From positions 1-16,171 of the IMG/VR virus record IMGVR_UViG_2778261694_000005: a stretch of DNA of 16,171 nucleotides; one strand, written 5' to 3'. Origin of the DNA: a virus. Its lineage: Duplodnaviria; Heunggongvirae; Uroviricota; Caudoviricetes. This document shows, in pieces, positions 13,786-16,171 of the stretch (its first letter is position 1; the number at the start of each line of letters is the position of its first letter). A program made the translations under genes and the position numbers. Under the pieces are notes generated by a model. The model was not told the origin of the DNA, did not search any database, and saw only the letters and a list, made by a program, of their open reading frames with translations.

Positions 13786-14245
13786 TCAACGTAAGGCGTT
13801 CCTCGATATGCTGGCGTGGTCAGAGGGAACTGATAACGGACGGCAGAAAACCAGAAATCATGGTTATGACGTCATTGTAGGCGGAGAGCTATTCACTGAT
13901 TACTCCGATCACCCTCGCAAACTTGTCACGCTAAACCCCAAACTCAAATCAACAGCAGCAGGACGTTACCAGCTTCTTTCCCGTTGGTGGGATGCTTACC
14001 GTAAGCAGCTTGGCCTGAAAGACTTCTCTCCCAAAAGCCAGGATGCAGTGGCATTGCAGCAGATTAAAGAGCGTGGCGCTTTACCGATGATTGATCGTGG
14101 TGATATTCGTCAGGCTATTGATCGTTGCAGTAATATTTGGGCTTCATTGCCCGGTGCTGGCTACGGTCAGTATGAACACAAGATCGATAGTCTGATTGCC
14201 AAATTCAAAGAAGCTGGCGGGGTGGTTAATGAAACTTCGCTATAA
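13769..14245 (+). CDS. R: Endolysin R, lytic transglycosylase (158 aa)
   Basis: [49 protein letters not shown]... matches lambda R; the C-terminal residues differ from lambda. Overlaps the S stop. Confidence 0.95.
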   Translation: MVEINNQRKAFLDMLAWSEGTDNGRQKTRNHGYDVIVGGELFTDYSDHPRKLVTLNPKLKSTAAGRYQLLSRWWDAYRKQLGLKDFSPKSQDAVALQQIKERGALPMIDRGDIRQAIDRCSNIWASLPGAGYGQYEHKIDSLIAKFKEAGGVVNETSL

Positions 14246-14690
14246 GCTGGTTATTTCTGCTTTCCTCCTGACTTTATTCGGTTCTCTCGTCTGGTCAGCT
14301 AATCATTACCACAATAAAGCCATTGAATACAAAAAACAGCGCGACGAAAACGCTATGGCATTAGATTCGGCTATGGCGACGATCTCTGATATGCAGAAGC
14401 GTCAACGTGACGTAGCAGAACTCGATGCCAGATATACAAAGGAGCTTGCTGATGCTAACGCGACTATCGAAAGTCTCCGTGCTGATGTTTCTGCTGGTCG
14501 TAAGCGCCTGCAAGTCGCCGCCACCTGTGCAAAGTCAACGACCGGAGCCAGCGGCATGGGCGATGGAGAAAGCCCAGGACTTACAGCAGATGCTGAACTC
14601 AATTATTACCGTCTCCGAAGTGGAATCGACAAGATAACCGCGCAGGTTAACTACCTGCAGGAGTACATCAGGACGCAATGCCTGAAATAA
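14229..14690 (+). CDS. Rz: Spanin inner-membrane subunit Rz (153 aa from the ATG at 14229)
   Basis: N-terminal transmembrane segment ([19 protein letters not shown]) and coiled-coil periplasmic domain; start overlaps the R 3' end. The track start at 14196 is an upstream extension. Only the central part resembles lambda Rz. Confidence 0.85.
   Translation: MKLRYKLVISAFLLTLFGSLVWSANHYHNKAIEYKKQRDENAMALDSAMATISDMQKRQRDVAELDARYTKELADANATIESLRADVSAGRKRLQVAATCAKSTTGASGMGDGESPGLTADAELNYYRLRSGIDKITAQVNYLQEYIRTQCLK
14452..14637 (+). CDS. Rz1: Spanin outer-membrane lipoprotein Rz1 (61 aa), embedded in Rz in the +1 frame
   Basis: Strong AAAGGAG RBS 7 nt upstream of the ATG at 14452. Signal peptide with lipobox VVSAC followed by a Pro-rich mature region (KSPPPVQSQRPEP), entirely inside Rz. 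Confidence 0.8.
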   Translation: MLTRLSKVSVLMFLLVVSACKSPPPVQSQRPEPAAWAMEKAQDLQQMLNSIITVSEVESTR

Positions 14691-14721
14691 ATTTTTTTGC
14701 AAATCACAAAGTCAATTTAAT

Positions 14722-14746
14722 GAGCCTCGCGGTGCGGGGCTTTTTT
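14722..14746 (+). terminator. Intrinsic terminator after the lysis cassette
   Basis: AGCCTCGC-GGT-GCGGGGCT hairpin (8-bp stem, one G-U pair) followed by TTTTT. Confidence 0.6.
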
Positions 14747-14890
14747 ATATCTGAATTTCACAGCGCATCTCACGCGCATATTAACGAGAGCCTTTCAGTA
14801 AGCGAGCCTGAGAAATGCCGTTATAGGTGGCGACCTCTCTCGGGCGGCTTTTCTGTGAGACAGGCTCACTTTCTAAAAGGTAAAGACGCT

Positions 14891-15409
14891 ATGAATCATC
14901 AATTGGCTAATCTCGATTTCCGGGACATGGTTGTTGTTTCTGGTGATCGCGTGATCACAACCTCCCGCAAGGTAGCAGCTTACTTCGACAAGCAGCATCA
15001 CCACATCATTCAGAAAATCGAAAAGCTAGACTGTTCGGATGAATTTCTAACCAGCAACTTTTCGCGGGTTACCTATGAACACAAGGGTAATCAGTATGTT
15101 GAATATGAAATTTCCAAAGACGGCGCGATGTACATCATCATGTCGTTTACCGGCAAAAAAGCTGCCGCCATCAAAGAGGCGTTTATCAAAGCATTTAATT
15201 GGATGCGTGACAGGCTGATGGAGATGGCTCACTCATACCAAAGAGAGCACAACGAGTTAATGCTGGAGTTCATGAAGGAAAAGGATGTTGCCAGTATGTC
15301 AGGACGCTTGCTGAACCGCTGGGGCAGGATCAAAAAACCGCAACTCATAGCAAGAATCGAAAGGCTTGAGCAGCAGGCGCAAATATCGATCCCCGGACTG
15401 CCAAAGTGA
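14891..15409 (+). CDS. rha: Rha-family phage regulatory protein (172 aa from the ATG at 14891)
   Basis: N-terminal region VVVSGDRVITTSRKVAAYFDKQHHHIIQKIEKL fits the Rha-domain signature as I recall it. The track ORF start at 14678 reads through the terminator; the ATG at 14891 follows an AAAGG RBS. Confidence 0.7.
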   Translation: MNHQLANLDFRDMVVVSGDRVITTSRKVAAYFDKQHHHIIQKIEKLDCSDEFLTSNFSRVTYEHKGNQYVEYEISKDGAMYIIMSFTGKKAAAIKEAFIKAFNWMRDRLMEMAHSYQREHNELMLEFMKEKDVASMSGRLLNRWGRIKKPQLIARIERLEQQAQISIPGLPK

Positions 15410-15820
15410 CCATTCCAAAGCCCATCTACGGGTGGGCTTGATAATGAAACCGTGATTTACATCCCCACAATCCGGGTATGTAAAAGATAGTTCAGGCGAG
15501 AACAGATTTAACTAAATCTGTGCACCACCAGTTGCGGCAGTACAGCGAAACAACCCAAGCCAGAAAGTGGGGAAATAACACTGGCAGCCACTGAAAGATG
15601 AACCTCCTGCCTTATGGCAAAAAAGATTCTTTGTGGTGGCGGACTGATGGAAAGACATCGGTTATTGCAGAGGCCATTCAATGAGTGGTCTCGACAATGG
15701 CTTATACCCTGCACGGGATAACTTAACTGATATCCCTTTTAACGGATAAACGGAGCCAATAATGGCAGAGAATGTCGGCATTATGGCAGTGAAATTTGGA
15801 TAAATCGGAGATTAGTACAT

Positions 15821-16171
15821 ATGCCGCCACGAATCCCAAAAGCCTGCCGTGTTCGCGGTTGCCGCCATACCACCACAGATCCGTCAGGCTATTGTGAAAG
15901 CCACAAAAGCGAAGGCTGGAAGCAATACAAGCCAGGCCAGTCCCGGCACCAGCGCGGTTATGGTTCGAAATGGGATGTTATCCGTGAACGTGTGCTCAAG
16001 CGTGACAAAGGCCTGTGTCAGTTATGTCTGCGTGCCGGTGTGGTGCGTGAGGCGAAAACCGTTGACCACATCATTCCTAAAGCGCATGGCGGCACAGATG
16101 CCGACAGCAATCTGCAGAGCCTGTGCTGGCCGTGCCATAAGGCGAAGACGGCCCGTGAACGGCTAAAGTGA
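15821..16171 (+). CDS. HNH endonuclease (116 aa), packaging-associated
   Basis: HNH motif with zinc-binding Cys pairs (CQLC ... DHIIPKAHGG ... CWPCH) and a GGAG RBS. Position just upstream of where terminase genes are expected, as for HNH proteins that assist cos cleavage in HK97-like phages. Confidence 0.8.
   Translation: MPPRIPKACRVRGCRHTTTDPSGYCESHKSEGWKQYKPGQSRHQRGYGSKWDVIRERVLKRDKGLCQLCLRAGVVREAKTVDHIIPKAHGGTDADSNLQSLCWPCHKAKTARERLK

Noticed and set aside
14402-14602. Minus-strand 66-aa Ala/Ser-rich ORF inside Rz
   Set aside because: Antisense to Rz/Rz1; GC-skewed frame artefact. The genuine embedded gene is Rz1 on the plus strand.
14678-14890. N-terminal 71-codon extension of the Rha ORF as given by the track
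   Set aside because: The extension starts inside the Rz stop region and reads through the post-lysis terminator; the ATG at 14891 with an RBS is the supported start.
15047-15714. Minus-strand ORFs 15047-15232 and 15508-15714
   Set aside because: The first is antisense to rha. The second lies in the non-coding repeat region with no RBS and a Cys/Pro-rich low-complexity translation.
15849-16166. 105-aa ORF in an alternative frame of the HNH endonuclease gene
   Set aside because: Same strand, overlapping frame of the motif-supported HNH gene; Ala/Arg-rich artefact of GC-rich coding sequence.
1-16171. CRISPR arrays, insertion sequences, integrase or att sites
   Set aside because: No spacer-repeat arrays, no transposase-like ORFs and no terminal inverted repeats were seen. 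The integrase and attachment site expected left of xis fall outside the window.

Overview
This window reads as a 16.2-kb slice of a lambdoid prophage (enterobacterial, E. coli-like), running from the excisionase through the early-left operon, immunity region, replication genes, nin region, Q, tRNAs and lysis cassette to an HNH endonuclease at the right edge. Integrase/att and the packaging genes lie outside the window. Layout: (1) 1-4867, minus-strand early-left operon: xis, small ORFs, a Gp157-like protein, an HNH endonuclease, RecT, Kil-like and cIII-like peptides, an unknown 207-aa protein and an N-like antiterminator, punctuated by several leftward intrinsic terminators. (2) 4868-7535, immunity region: nutL boxB, OL/PL, a two-ORF accessory locus in the rexAB position, cI, OR, cro, nutR, cII. 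(3) 7568-10092, replication: an O-like initiator with internal iterons (ori) and a DnaB-family helicase. (4) 10109-13000: ninB-D-E-F(interrupted)-G-H-I and Q, lambda-like from recall. (5) 13000-13460: candidate PR'/tR', then tRNA-Asn-like and tRNA-Thr. (6) 13462-14690: lambda-type S/R/Rz/Rz1. (7) 14891-16171: a Rha-family gene, a 410-bp non-coding region and an HNH endonuclease. The strongest candidate for an undescribed system is the AT-rich locus between cI and OL (5341-5928). All calls rest on reading the sequence and recalled protein families; no database search was run.
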